From Eledone cirrhosa (Eukaryota), in NCBI GenBank assembly GCA_964016885.1, contig OZ024740.1, forward strand, positions 257,486,001 through 257,550,000: a stretch of DNA of 64,000 nucleotides. Reading direction: 5' to 3'. The position numbers and the translations under genes were made by a program. Below, piece by piece: positions 45,515 to 60,806 of the stretch; within the stretch, counting starts at the first letter, position 1, and each line of letters begins with the position of its first letter. Below the pieces are notes generated by a model that made no database searches, was not told where the DNA came from, and saw nothing but the letters and a program-made list of their open reading frames with translations.

Positions 45515-48128
45515 TTAATTAGGTTTATAGTATTTAAATGTTTTTCGTATACGGTGATTACAGACTATGATCAATTCCTGTCTTTGATTTAATAAATCGT
45601 CCTTAGATTTAGTAATTTCCAAGATCTCTCCTGAACATAATCTGCATTCCCTCCTGTTTCCAATATATGGAGTTTTTGGTAGAATGGTCTTCCACGATAA
45701 ATTAAAATCTATTTTTTTCTTTTTATAATTATTTACCGCTTCAGCTAAAGATGTGGTCTTTTCTAGTTTAGTATTGTTGAAACTACTAGAGTGTGCGTAA
45801 AATCTTTTCTTAAATGTGTTTGATGTAGATCCTATATATGTTTTCTTGTAGTCTGTAGTAGACACAATGCATTTATATATTACATTATTAATCAAACAGT
45901 TTCCATTTACGAGGCAAATGCTTCTATTTCTGCAATTACAGCCATACGTAAGATGGTTTTGGAGGTGCCTATACTATTCTCATTTATCCTTGAGCTATTC
46001 CTATTGTAATTAATGATAGCAGGAGAATGAAGGTTGCTTTGTGGGTGGTTTGGTGCTAGACTTGTACTGTAATTTTGTGTTCTGTTGTTTTTGTGTTGGT
46101 GATTTGGGTGGTTGTGTTTTCTAGGTTGAAGGATTGTATTATTTTTCTTTTTAAAAGGTGCAGTCCTATTTAAATTATGTTGCGGTGGTGTAATCATATT
46201 ATTTTAAAGTTTATAAATGTTGTATTTGCTTATTTTTTTGTTTGGGATTGTTTGATGTAGAGTATGAGAATTTAACAGTATATTTGTTAAATATTTGGTG
46301 GTATCTGTGGTTTAGTTGAAAATGTTTATGTAGTATTTCAAATAATTTTTGGGGGATTTGTCGAATAGTTTGCAGGTTGAAGGGTGCGTTGTACCATGTT
46401 ATGTTTTCCATTGCGGTTTTTAGTTAAGTTTTTATTATCTCTTATATTATTGTGTTGTGTTCTAGAAGAGTTCCTATGGTTAGTGTCCTTATTTATGGAA
46501 TTTGGTAAATCATCGTGGTTGTATTTGGTGCTATGTTGGGGTAGATTATGAGATTTTGAGTGTTTGGTATTCATATGTGGGTTGATAACATTGGTCATAG
46601 ATCATGTAGGAAAAGTTGTTGTGGTTTTTCGGTTGTTTGGTGTAATAGGAATAACCACTTTAAGTATTTGTTTCAATGGTATCTTTTGGTGTTTGTAGTT
46701 TTTGTTAGGTTTTATGATTTGGTCCATAGTAGTGTTGGGGATATATGAGATTTTTTCTTTATATCCACTTCTAGTTGTAGAAGGGTGCACTATTATAAAA
46801 TATATCTTCATTGGAAGATAATTTAGAAAGTCTAAGAGAAATGTTATATACTAAGTTCTTGAATATAGAGCCTGGGTGTTAAATCGTGAATGTACATAAT
46901 GTAGATTCTGGTTAGGTTTGTGGTATGGTTGATAAGTATTTGTAGATAGATCTAAGGTAGCATCAAGGAAATTAGCTACTTTTGAAGTGTTTTCAAAAGT
47001 GATGTTAAGGCTGTAATATTCCTTAGGAATTTTCTAATTTGCTTTTTCTTCTTCTCTATATTGGAATTGCTAAGATTGTTAGATAACAATAGACAATCAT
47101 CCTGATAAAGACCATCTTTGGGGTGGGGAAAAGAGTCATTAATGTTATAGAGGAGAAATAGCCCAACGAGGTCTGTAACTTGAGCAGAGTCTATGGATAT
47201 CGAATAAGTTGTTATACGTATACGTAATATCGAATAAGTTGTTATACGTATTTCTTGTCCAATATTCATCTTGGAAGTTTAGTAAGGTTTTTCTAGCGTG
47301 AGTTATGATGTTGATTTCCTCAGTAGATAAATCCGATCTATTTCTGGCAAAGATCACTGTTTGTTTAAAAGAATTGGAGAAATCGAAGAATAGTAGGAAT
47401 CGATGTCGAATTGAATGAATGAAGCTGAGTTTTTATTCTCGATGCTAGTAAACCATTCGATAACTTGGGAAGTGTTATCCCATAGTGGATGCGTTACAAA
47501 TTTTCTAATTTGCGGAATGATACGACCAATAATATTTTTGCTGATATTACCGATATCAGATTTTGATGGGCATATCAGTCTAATAGATGGGTTCGAGTTA
47601 AAGTCAGATTTATGGTCTTTTAAGTTGAAGTGTGGGCTTTTAGGCCCGAAAGGCTCAGTCCTATCTTCAATCTGGAGCTTTTTTACTATATCACATGATA
47701 TGTTGTTCAAGGATGTTAGTGCCGTGGTATTTGCTTTCTGATAGTTTTTCCTAAGTTCTTTATATATGAACTGGTTATATTTATCGATATCCATATGGTA
47801 CAAGTTACCAGTTTTGTCAGAATGGACATGGACCTTTTTAGAATTTTTTGAATTCTGATTTGTGTTTTCTGAACTTTATGTTTTTAATCAAATTCAGTAG
47901 GGCGCTCTCAAAATTTTCCAGTTGAATATTATGAGGAGGACTTTTGTATGTTTTGAATCCATAGCAGTACTTCATTTCATTTGTATTAGTTTTGTTGTCA
48001 AAATGGTAGGCTCTCCATCTCATTCTCCTAATAAATTGATTAGTTTTTTGTATGAGTAAGAGTAGATATTCATCTTTAGGTGGAATTGGAATATTCTTCA
48101 AGGAAGTACCTAAATATTGTTTTTCCAT
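45515..48128 (-). pseudogene. Full-length PLE RT + GIY-YIG, frameshifted
   Basis: MEKQYLGTSLKNIPIP..FIRRMRWRAY, QFDIDSYYSSI, DGLYQDD, VIYKC..YIG, CRLC; close relative of the family B protein. Confidence 0.92.
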
Positions 48129-49648
48129 TGTGATACAGGAATTAGATAAAAAATGAGATCAATTAAATATTATAATCAATAATGAAAAATATATTAAAGG
48201 AGCAAAATGCACAGAGGTATACACAGGGAGTTGTGGGGTCTATTATGTATGAAGAACTCAATGTAATCCATATGTTGAAAATGTTGTAGGTTAAGATAAA
48301 TCTCAGAAAACAATAAAATATTAAAAGAAAAACAGAGTCATGATATAAGTTAAAACAATTAAATAAAAAAATCAAGTCATTGGAGATATACTTCACTGCT
48401 TTAAGATCGTTTCTAGATGATGATAATACATTGTAACTATACTCAGATATTGATCTATGTAAGTTTACAAACTATCAGATAGAGAGAATATTTACTTACA
48501 TGCATATCACCAGCTGTTTTCAAAATAAATAATAATTTTATTCAATAATAATTTTACTCAGAATTAGTATCATGTCCATATTTGGAGGTAGTTGAAGAAC
48601 TAAGGAATCAAATTGTTTTTTTCATATGGTGTTAAGATGAAAAAGTAATACACTTTAGTTGAGGTCATGGCCCTTTGAAAGAAATGGTTGAAAGGTGTTA
48701 GTAGAAATGGCATAACAATCTATTAGGAAGGAAGGGGATTTTCAAACTGATAGTTGAATGTATCTTGTATAGTGAATTGAAAAGGAATCTCAAAATAAAT
48801 GGTGATTAGTGTTGTATTGAGTTTTAAGGTGAATATGAATTAATGTTATGGCTAGGAAAGATAGTATATTAAAAGATGAAAATTATAATAAGATGATGTG
48901 ATATAGCAATGCGATAATATACAACTTAAACAAGAGAATATAGTACGGTGTGGTAAATTGCACTCAGTATAATATAACATATTATACGCTCTAAAATATT
49001 ACGAAGTATGTTTATGCATAAACAATCAAACTCAGATAAGTACATGTTGGCATAGTTAAAACACATAAATTTCATAGTCTACAAAGTGCATATATTCACA
49101 CTACATATAGAGAGAGGTACAGTTATATTGATATCTAACCAAAATATACATACGTGCAAATAGATGCAAAACTAAATACACATCCACACCCATGCATATA
49201 ATCATATATATACATATCCATACATATCTATATCCACACATACACATCTATACCCCCACATATACATATACATATACATATACACACATATATATATACA
49301 TATATATATATATATACACACTCATACATATATACATATATACATGTACATACATATAGACACACACATACATACATATATACATACACATATACAAATA
49401 TATACATATATATACATATATGTACATATACATATGTATACATATACATGCATATATATATATACATATACAACACACACACACATACACATATATATAT
49501 ACACACTTGTGTGAGCATATGTACACTCCTCTTACATGTGCACATACTCATATATAAACATTCATACGCCTATACTCACATATACACACACACACATGCA
49601 TACACAAACACACACACACATACACACACATATATATACACATACATA

Positions 49649-49684
<36 letters not shown>

Positions 49685-49930
49685 AATATATACACACATA
49701 AATATATTTCCATATCATGCATAGATGTTTATTTTTACTCATGCAATTACGGGTGGCTGCGTATCTTGTTACATTTAGTCATTAACGCATAAATCTAAGG
49801 AAGCTAAAACATTAAAAGGCAAAAATAAGCATGAAAGCATATAATTAGGGGAAAGAGGTACTAATAAATGTTATTCAATACGGAATTATAGTGAGTTGCT
49901 ATTTAGAATATTTAATTAGGTTTACAGTAT

Positions 49931-50587
49931 TTAATTAGGTTTATAGTATTTAAATGTTTTTCGTATACGGTGATTACAGACTATGATCAAATCCTGTCTT
50001 TTATTTAATAAATCGTCCTTAGATTTAGTAATTTCCAAGATTTCTTCTGAACATAATCTGCATACCCTCCTGTTTCCAATATATGGAGTTTTTGGTAGAA
50101 TGGTGTTCCACGATAACTTAAAATATATTCTTTTCTTTTTATAATTATTTACCGCTTCAGCTAAAGATGTGGTGTTTGCTAGTTTAGTATTGTTGAAACT
50201 ACTAGTGTGTGCGTAACATCTTTTCTTAAATGTGTTTGACGTAGATCCTATATATGTTTTGTTGGACTCTGTAGTAGACACAGTGCATTTATATATTACA
50301 TTATTAATCAAACAGTTTCCATTTAAGGGGCAAATGCTTCTATTTCTGCAATTACAGCCATACGTAAGATGATTTTGGGGGTGTCTATACTATTCTCATT
50401 TATCCTTGAGCTATTACTATTAATGATAGCAGGAGAATGAAGGTTGCTTTGTGGGTGGTTTAGTGCTAGAGTTGTATTGTAATGTTGTGCTATGTTGTTT
50501 TTGCGTTGGTGATTTGGGTGGTTGTGTTCTCTTGGTTGAAGGATTGTATGATTTGTCTTTTTAAAAGGTGCAGTCCTATTTAAATTA
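49931..50587 (-). pseudogene. GIY-YIG 3' fragment of the upstream tandem copy
   Basis: ORF 49931-50311 is nearly identical to 45515-45895. Confidence 0.9.
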
Positions 50588-50628
50588 AATCTGTCTCTAT
50601 ATATGTACATGTATATATGTATGTATGA

Positions 50629-50722
<94 letters not shown>

Positions 50723-51755
50723 TTGTGTATATGTATATATGGGGGTATAGATGTGTATGTGAGGATATAGATACGTATGGATATGGATATATATGATTAT
50801 ATGCATGGGTGTGGATGTGTATTTAGGTTTGCATCTATTTGCACGTATGTATATTTTGGTTAGATATCAATATAACTGTACCTCCCTCTATATGTAGTGT
50901 GAATATATGCACTTTGTAGACTATGAAATTTATGTTTTTTAACTCTGCCAACATGTACTTATCTGAGTTTGATTGTTTATGCATAAACATACTTAGTAAT
51001 ATTTTAGAGCCTAAAATATGTTATAGTATACTGAGTGCAATTTACCACACTGTACTATATTCTGTTGGTTAAGTTGTATATTATCGCATTACTATATCTC
51101 ATTATCTTATTATAATGTTCATCTTTTAATATACTATCTTTCCTAGCCATAACATTAATTTATATTCACCTTTAAACTCAATACAACACTAATCACCATT
51201 TATTTTGACATTCCATTTCAATTCACTATACAAGATACATTCAACTCTCAGTTTGACCATCCCCTTCCTTCCTAATAGATTTTTATGCCATTTCTACTAA
51301 CACCTTTCAACCATTCCTGTCATGACCTCAACTAAAGTGTATTACTTTTTATCTTAACACCATATGAAGAAAAAAGACAATTTGATTCGTTAGTTCTTCA
51401 ACTACCTCCAAATATGGACATGATACTAATTCTGAGTAAACTTATTGCTTTTGAAAACAGCTGCTGATATGCATGTAAGTAAATATTCTCTCTGTCTGAT
51501 AGTTTGTAACCTTACATAGAACAACTGAGTATAGATACAATGTATTATCACCATCTAGAAACGACCGTAAAGCAGTGAAGTATATCTCTAAGGACTTGAT
51601 TTTTTATTTCATTGCTTTAACTTATATCATGACTCTGTCTTTCCTTCTAATGTTTTATTGTTTTCTGACATTTATCTTAACCTACAACATTTTCAACATA
51701 TGGATTACATATAGTTCTTCATACAGAATAGACCCCACAACTTATAGTGCATACG

Positions 51756-51807
<52 letters not shown>

Positions 51808-51854
51808 AAGAATATATTCGAAACGGCGAGCGAGTTTGAAATTATAAATATAAC

Positions 51855-52009
51855 CTATCGCTGTATTTTGACTAAAGAAATTAAATAAATTCTTTTAGCC
51901 TAATAGTGGGTTTAAGAACCCTCGGAGAAATTAAAAAAATTGAGTATTGACGTCAATACTCATCTTTTTCCATTTCTCCGATGGTTCTTTAGTCAAAATA
52001 CGGCGATAG
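51855..52009. repeat. Imperfect palindrome centred on ttgacgtcaa
   Basis: tgagtattgac|gtcaatactca core; outer arms ctatcgctgtattttgactaaagaa and ttctttagtcaaaatacggcgatag. Confidence 0.8.
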
Positions 52010-52364
52010 CTTATATATATATATATATATAAGTTAAAACAATGAAATAAAAAATCAGGTCATTAGAGATATACTTCACTGCTTTACGATCGTTTCTAGA
52101 TGGTAATAATACATTGTATCTATATTCAGTTATTGATCTATGTAAATTTACAAACTATCAGATAGAGAGAATATTTACTTACATGCATATCACGAGCTGT
52201 TGACTTGATTTTTTATTTCATTGTTTTAACTTATATCATGACTCTGTTTTCCTTTTAATGTTTTTTGTTTTCTGAGATTTATCTTAACCTACAACATTTT
52301 CAACATATGGATTACATTGAGTTCTTCATACAGAATAGACCCCACAACTTACAATGGATACCTC

Positions 52365-52415
<51 letters not shown>

Positions 52416-52422
52416 ATGTATT

Positions 52423-52479
<57 letters not shown>

Positions 52480-52486
52480 ATGTATT

Positions 52487-52666
<180 letters not shown>

Positions 52667-52835
52667 GAGGTATTCACTGTAAGTGGTGGGGTCTATTCTG
52701 TATGAAGAACTCAATGTAATCCATATGTTGAAAATGTTGTAGGTTAAGATAAATCTCAGAAAACAATAAAACATTAAAACATTAAAAGGAATACAGAGTC
52801 ATGATATGAGTTAAAATAATGAAATAAAAAATGAA

Positions 52836-52878
<43 letters not shown>

Positions 52879-52913
52879 TAAATATATATATATATAAATA
52901 TATATATATATAA

Positions 52914-52944
<31 letters not shown>

Positions 52945-53016
52945 AAGAAAAAGAGATGAAATCGAAAATGCAACTGGAGTCTTATTTTTTTTTAAAATAT
53001 ATATATTTATTTGGTT

Positions 53017-53054
53017 CCTTTACCGGTTTCGCAGTTCTTTTGCTTTTCAAAAGG
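53017..53054 (-). ncRNA. Minimal type-I hammerhead with U3-A8 core
   Basis: cctt TTGAAAA gca-aaagaac-tgc GAAA ccgg TA aagg; decayed relative at 9147-9184. Confidence 0.8.
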
Positions 53055-53459
53055 TGAGTTGCGATGGAGGGTCTGTGGTTTTTCTCACATCTGTGACAGA
53101 TGTGGTTAGGTCTTAGGAGTTCTTGGTTAACGTAGGAGGTATTGTTTCGTTTTTAGAACGACCTTTCACGCTGAGGTGCGCTTGTCAAACTGATGTGTAT
53201 GTGGTGTGTTGTTCTATATATAGGGATTTAACATGTCTGTGGTGTGGTGGGTTTTTTTTTCTCCCCCTTTAATAAGTGCATGGGTGTAGGTGTGTTGAAA
53301 AAGTGTTAATAGCAGTAATGAGTTGAGACGGTGAGTAGGTTTGGGTGGGGAGAAATGTAGCAAGTGCGGCCTGCCCCGGTCATTCTCGAAGAATTCCTTT
53401 ATTCAGGGGAAAAAGCTTTTAGTATTCCTTTGTGTTGAGAATGGTCACAGGCAAATCGT

Positions 53460-54701
53460 TTCAGAAAGATTCCCCAAAGAATTCATCTTGGAAGGACTTA
53501 AATTAGTATTGGAAAACAACCACTTCCTCTTTGACAACGAACTTTATCTACAAATAAAAGGAACAGCCATGGGTACCAAAGTGGCCCCTACATATGCAAC
53601 GTTCGTTATGGGTCACTTAGAGGCAAAATTATATTCCCAACTACAGATAACATTCAGTCACGACTTCGCCTTCTACATTAATAAAAACTGGAAACGTTAC
53701 CTAGATGTTATTCGATCTTAAACAGGCTTCATGAAGCTATACAATTCACTATGGAATGTAATGAAAAGGAACTGCCCTTTCTACATATCCTCATCATTAA
53801 AGAAGGGGAAAATATCATAACGGACCTATTTTGCAAACCCACTGACACACACCAATACTTAAATTTCCGGTCAGCACACCCCTCACATACGAAAAGGAAC
53901 ATTCCCTTCAACATGGCAAGGCGCATCTGCACTATAGCAACACGCCCCGTACTACAAGAAAAAAGATTATGTGACCTGAAAAAATTCCTTAAAAAACAAG
54001 AATACCCGATGAAACTCATCAACGCAGCCATCTCCAAGGCTAAGAACATCCCAATAACAACACTGAGAAAACCAAACCCACAACATAAAAAAGAAAACCC
54101 TGCTATCTCTTTTGTCATCACTCACAACCCAGGGAACATCAACATTGTGAAAACTGCTAAGCAGTATCTCCCGATTCTACAGCAATCTACCAAAATGAAT
54201 GCACTCTTAAAAAACACACAGATCATTTATAGCAGACGCCAAGCACCCAAACTTAAAAAACTAATTACCAAGGCAAAATTTACGACCAACATGGAATCAA
54301 TGCAAGTGACGAAATGCGGGGACCCTAGATGTGGAACCTGTGAACTCATCGAAGAGGGCAAACAGTTGTCCTTCAAAAACCATGATAATTTCAAGGTCAA
54401 TGCAAACATGAACTGCAAAACGAAAAACCTAATATATTGCGCAACATGTCCACAGTGTAAAGAGTATTACATTGGGGAAACCGGAACGGGATTACATGAT
54501 AGAGTCCGGGTACATAAACAACAAATTAAAGACCCCACAGTCAGAAATAGCACATGTAGCGCACACTTTGCATCATGCGGGAAGGGAAAATTCACAATCT
54601 TCCCTTTCTTCAAGATATGGTCGGATAACGAACATTTCCGCAGATATAAAGAAGAATTCTTCATTGAAAAATTTAAACCACTACTGAACACGAAAAAATG
54701 A
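53460..54701 (+). pseudogene. Neptune-type PLE RT + Zn-linker + GIY-YIG; 5'-truncated, deletion at YLDD
   Basis: LENNHF..QIKGTAMGTKVAPTYA, WKRYLD|, KPTDTHQYL..SAHP, CGDPRCGTC, NLIYCATCPQC..YIGET, EEFFIEKFKPLLN. Confidence 0.9.
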
Positions 54702-55157
54702 ATTAACACTCGGAGGTAAAATTACATTTCACAACCCCCCCCCCCCCTCTTCATATGTGTACACATGAATATCTTAGTGAACGGTGAGACACACACATAT
54801 ATGTATGTATGTATGGATGTATGTACGTGTGGGTATATATGTATGTGGGTGTGGGTATGTGTGTGTGTATATATATGTATGGATGTGTGTATGTTTGTAT
54901 GTGTGTGTGTATATATATATATGTGTGTATGTGTGTATATATATGTATATGTATATGTATGTATATGTATGTTTGTATATATATATATGTATATATATAT
55001 ATAAATATATATATATAGATATGTGTTTATATGTGTGTGTATGTATATGTATGTATCTATATATATGTGTGTGTGTGTCTGTATGTGCATATATGTATAT
55101 ATGTGTGTACATATGTGTATGTTTCTGTATGTGTATATGTATGTAGATGTATGTATA

Positions 55158-55244
<87 letters not shown>

Positions 55245-55437
55245 ACATGTGTCTTTATGTGCTTGTGTGTACACATATAAATATATGTGTGTGTATGTAT
55301 GTGTGTGTATGTATATGTATATATGTATATATAAATATATATATACATATATATATATATATGTGTATGTATATGTATGTGTATATATGTATGTGTGTAT
55401 GTATGTACTTGTATGTGTATGTGTATGTGTATGTATG

Positions 55438-55470
<33 letters not shown>

Positions 55471-55471
55471 T

Positions 55472-55510
<39 letters not shown>

Positions 55511-55771
55511 GCCTCTCTCTCTATATATATACATATATATATGTATGTGTGTATGTGTGTGTGTGTCTGCATGTATGTGTGAACGGAGGTATATATACGG
55601 AAATATGTATATGTGTGTGTGTGTGTGTACACGTGTGTGTGTGTATGTGTGTGTGCGTGTATGTGTATATATGTATATTTAGTTACGTATCTTTATGTGT
55701 GTATATGTATGTATATGTATGTATGTATATATATATATATACCCATGTGGAGGTATGAGTACATATTCGTG

Positions 55772-56050
55772 TAAGTTTTTAAGTTTTTACCGGTTGCGCA
55801 TTTCTAAATGCTTTTCAAAAATAATTTTGAGATAGAGTGTCCGTGCTGTTTGCTCTGATCAGAGCAAACAGCACGGACACTCTATCTCAAAATTATTTTT
55901 GAAAAGCATTTAGAAATGCGCAACCGGTAAAAACTTAAAAACTTAAAACCACAACTGAATACTAACCCATACAATCACTAATACTCTTTTATTCCTAATT
56001 AAACCATTTTTCAACTGTGAACAATTTGTCAGCATTTTCTATTCCGTTTA

Positions 56051-56055
<5 letters not shown>
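55772..56055. mobile_element. Repeat F with perfect 174-bp fold-back
   Basis: 55772-55945 is a palindrome centred on tga|tca. Confidence 0.9.
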
Positions 56056-56127
<72 letters not shown>

Positions 56128-56200
56128 CAACTTTTTAAATGGAAGTTGTAAAATTTTAGGGTATGTCAAATTTATTTGTAAAACTGTTTATATATTGTAT

Positions 56201-56260
56201 TTTGTCTGAAGAGGGCATACCATATTTTTAATATGATATCCCTGAAATATGTATGGCGAA
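56201..56260 (+). ncRNA. Degenerate hammerhead in a solo pLTR related to family C
   Basis: tttgt CTGAAGA ggg...cct GAAA tatgta tg gcgaa; cleavage triplet is non-canonical. Confidence 0.5.
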
Positions 56261-56521
56261 ATAAATATGGTTTTGTAGGTGTAGTTTCCATTTGTTTAAT
56301 ATCGTAAAATACTCCAAAATCTGTTGAGTGCTTTTATATCAGTTATAAAATATTTACTCGTTGTAACCCAACAATTTTAAATAAAACTTTTGCATATATA
56401 TATATATATATATGTAAGTATGAATACCTGCCATTTCAAGCTTTAAGCTCATATATTCCTTCCATTTACTGTACCGATTCTGTTGTTATTTCTGTTTACC
56501 TTTTACATACATGTATATATA

Positions 56522-56735
56522 CAGGGTGTTTCAAATTTTTTTAGATCATTTCAGATGTAAATATCCCAGAAACTACAAGGTCTAGGACAACAAGACTAAG
56601 CAGGGGCCCCATGTTGAGTAACACAAGATTTATTCCTCAAAACATGTCCCCGTTATAACATTAATTCACAATATATATTTCAATGTGACAACCTTGGGAA
56701 CAGGCCATTTATATCAAATGTTTTGAAACATCCTG
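56522..56735. mobile_element. Tc1/mariner-type MITE
   Basis: TA-CAGGGTGTTTCAAA...TTTGAAACATCCTG-TA, located at the centre of inverted repeat 56444-56521/56736-56813. Confidence 0.75.
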
Positions 56736-56895
56736 TATATATAAATGTATGTAAAAGGTAAATAGAAATAACAACACAATCGGTACAGTATATGGAAAGA
56801 ATATATTAGCTTAATATATATATTTTTATTGTTTCAATGGCTATATATATATATGTGTGGGTTGCATCTATTATATTCATTGTTCATTAATCAAT

Positions 56896-57083
56896 TGTTT
56901 CTACTATTGGCACAAGGCCAGCAATTACCCAGTACATTGCTGGTACTTTATTGTATCGACCCCGTAAGGATGAAAGGCAAAGTTAACCTCGGCGGGATTT
57001 GAACTCAGAATGGCAAAGGGCCGTAATTCTATGCGTCAAAGCATGGCGTCCGACCCTCTACCAATGCTGCCAATTCACCGCCC
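56896..57083 (-). mobile_element. tRNA-derived SINE
   Basis: TSD ttcattaatcaat at 56883-56895 and 57089-57101. Confidence 0.92.
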
Positions 57084-57230
57084 AATTATTCATTAATCAA
57101 TAATATTTAATTATATTTGATAATAGATTGTCAGCATTAATATAAATAAGTAATTATGATTACGAATATATATTAATAAAACATGGTTATTAATATTAAC
57201 CTATATTATGAAAAATGAAAATATTTGTAG

Positions 57231-57895
<665 letters not shown>

Positions 57896-58687
57896 CACTA
57901 CAAATATTTTCATATATATATATATATATATAGGAACAAGTAAGACCCCGACGGCTGAGCTCAAGCCGTTTCGGCGGCTAATTCTGTACTGAATGAAAAA
58001 TTAATTCTGGTATTTAAATAGCCGAACTTATCAAGGGGTAATTCCATATATGGTCAAAGAGTAAATCACCAGGATTGGTCACATCACAAGTTAGTAGTAA
58101 ATCTGTGATGGCAAGTTGGTGGTGGAAGGGGTAGCTAAACCTGCCAGTAGGAGAAAAAAGGAGAGGGGGTGGAGTAGACCCAATCATGCGTTGGTAGTGC
58201 CAGCTACAGCTGGGTGTGAGGTCAAAGAAGATACTGGGGAGGGGGAGGGGGAGGAGGTCGAAACGGTAAGTAGAACAATGAAAGGTAAAACTGTAAAATA
58301 TACCGAGAGAGAAAAAAATATAAGCAAAATCTGGTCACTAAGACTTAAGTCTCTCGCTATTGCTAGGCTGAAGAAATACATAAATAAATAAATAAACAAA
58401 TAATTGAATAAAAGAATAGATAAATAAATTTAAAATATATATATATATATATAATGTAGAATAAAAAAATAAATGATAATAATAGAAAAAAACTAGGTGG
58501 GACGGAAATAAAGGGACCCTTATACGAGGTATAATGCGTGTATCGTACGGTGACGGGTTAACAAAGGAGGGGCCATAATACTAAAGAGACTACCACAAAA
58601 ATAATAAAGGTTTCTACCCCAAACACAGGGCCTGCAACCAGCCAGTGCAAGAAAGTAAACTAGTACGAGAATATAATTCAGGGTCCC

Positions 58688-59944
58688 TCCAAATGGATAA
58701 AAAGAGCTTCTAACTCACCCTTCGACGTCAGCATAGGCGCTATGGATTCGGCGGAGTTCACAGATCTTATAGGATTATTCCTTATAACCAAACTCACCGA
58801 TATGTTTCCTGCTTTCGGTGGTGGATTGTACCGTGATGATGGGCTCCTTACCCTTAAAGGGTACAACCCCAGTAGTACAAATCGGGTCCGTAAACAATTA
58901 ATCTGCTTCTTCCGCGACTGGGGATTTAAAATTACACTACAAACGTCCCTGACCCGAGTTAATTTCCTGGACGTTACCCTCGATCTCAATAATGACCTGT
59001 ACTACCCATACAGGAAACCCAATGACAACCTGCACTACATCCACCGCCGATCTAACCATCCCAGGAACATCACCAACAACCTGGTCAAAAACATCTCCCT
59101 CCGTATATCCCGTTTGTCAGCTAATGAGAAGATATTCGATGAACATGCGCCTTACTACAACCAGGCCCTCAAGCGGAGTGGTTTCCGGGAGGAAATATCC
59201 TACTGTCCAGCTCCCATTAGCGGAACCAGCAGGCGACACCGCCGCTCACGCAATGTAACATAGTTCAATCCTCCCCACAACGCCGAGGTGACAACTCCCA
59301 TCGGGAAAATTTTCTTTAGGCTCATTGAAAAACACTTCCCACCACAACACCGCTACCACAACATAATTAACAAAAATACCATCAAACTCTCTTACAGCAC
59401 TACACCTAACTTCGCACAAAACATCGTCTCCTCCAACAACAAAAAACTCAACCCCGATGGAAGAAACAACCTAAATAGCAGTGGAGAGCCGACCAGGAGG
59501 TGCAACTGTCCTGATAGATCCAGTTGCTCCCTCGACAACAGATGCAGAGACCGTAATGGGATCTACCAGTGCAACGTGAGCATGGACACCTCCAACAAAG
59601 CTTATATAGGATTAACCGCATGCGACTTCAAGACCCGGCTATACCAACACAGACATACCTTCCGAAACCCGGCCCGGCGTCACGCCACTACACTTTCGGG
59701 CCACATATGGGACCTCAAGGACAACAACATCAACTATGATCTCACTTGGAAATTACTGTCCAGAGCCAACTCTTACACGGGAGGACGCCGTACGTGCAAT
59801 TTATGCTCGGAGGAAACATTACAAATGGTGTTTTCGACGGACCAACTCCTAAACAAGAAAGATGAACTGGTTACTGCATGTAAACACCGATTTCGTAGGA
59901 CTTACCTCGCCCTCAAACCCCATAATGACCCGGGGGGGGGGTAG
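58688..59944 (+). pseudogene. PLE RT C-half + GIY-YIG with a single nonsense change
   Basis: ORFs 58742-59263 and 59288-59944 are in the same frame; TAG at 59261 replaces W of the conserved WFNPP; GGLYRDD, GIYQC..YIG. Confidence 0.92.
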
Positions 59945-60742
59945 TAGCCTAGGGCTAGCTATAACACCCCACTTGCCTATTTTGTAATGGGTAACCCCTG
60001 CTTGCCTATGGAGACGTAAGATCTTCTTTTACATTCTTTTATCGCTTCCTCTATATTTCCTCCTTCCCCCAATCCCTCCTAGTCCTTCTACCCCAGTTCC
60101 CTTTCTTTGTCGTCGTCTCTTTCTCGCCCACCCAAGGTAGCCCATCGGTCCCTTGTAGCTTCAGCACCCCCACCCTCTCCCCTATTCTATGATAGATGTG
60201 GCTGACTCCGCTTTTTATAGCAGAGGTGTTAGACTTCGGATACTCGCCCCCTCCTCCGACCGCTGTCCCCTTTTTCCGTGCCTTCTATATTTCTTAGTGG
60301 CATCTTTGCTTTAATTTCTCGTTTATCCAGTATCTCTTTTTTATTTTTCCCTTTTTTTTTCGGGGGGGGGGGGGGGGGGCGTTCCTGTATTAATTTTCCG
60401 TTCTTTACTTTTACTTCGTACGATCTTTCATGTAGCTTGTATAAGACCTTTTGTTTCGTGGCGGTACCCTTAGAGTTAGCAACAGTATTTTTTTGCGGGA
60501 CCCTGAATTATATTCTCGTACTAGTTTACTTTCTTGCACTGGGTGGTTGCAGGCCCTGTGTTTGGGGTAGAAACCTTTATTATTTTCGTGGTAGTCTCTT
60601 TAGTATTCTGGCCGCCCCTTTGTTGACCCGTCACCGTACGATACCCGCACTTATACCTCGTATAAGGGTTCCTTTATTTCCGTCCCACCTAGTTTTTTTC
60701 TATTATTATCATTTATTTTTTTATTCTACATTATATATATAT

Positions 60743-60806
60743 ACTCTTTTACTCTTTTACCTGTTTCAGCCATCCGGCTGAGGCCATGCTGGGGCACCGC
60801 CCTTGT
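60743..60806 (-). mobile_element. SINE 3'-tail fragment present only in the right arm of PLE E
   Basis: ctcttttactcttttacctgtttcagccat...ggccatgctggggcaccgcc within (TA)n; absent at ~58440. Confidence 0.75.

Noticed and set aside
59261-59263. Possible programmed read-through TAG between RT and endonuclease
   Set aside because: It replaces the Trp conserved in all paralogs (WYN/WFN), so a simple TGG>TAG mutation
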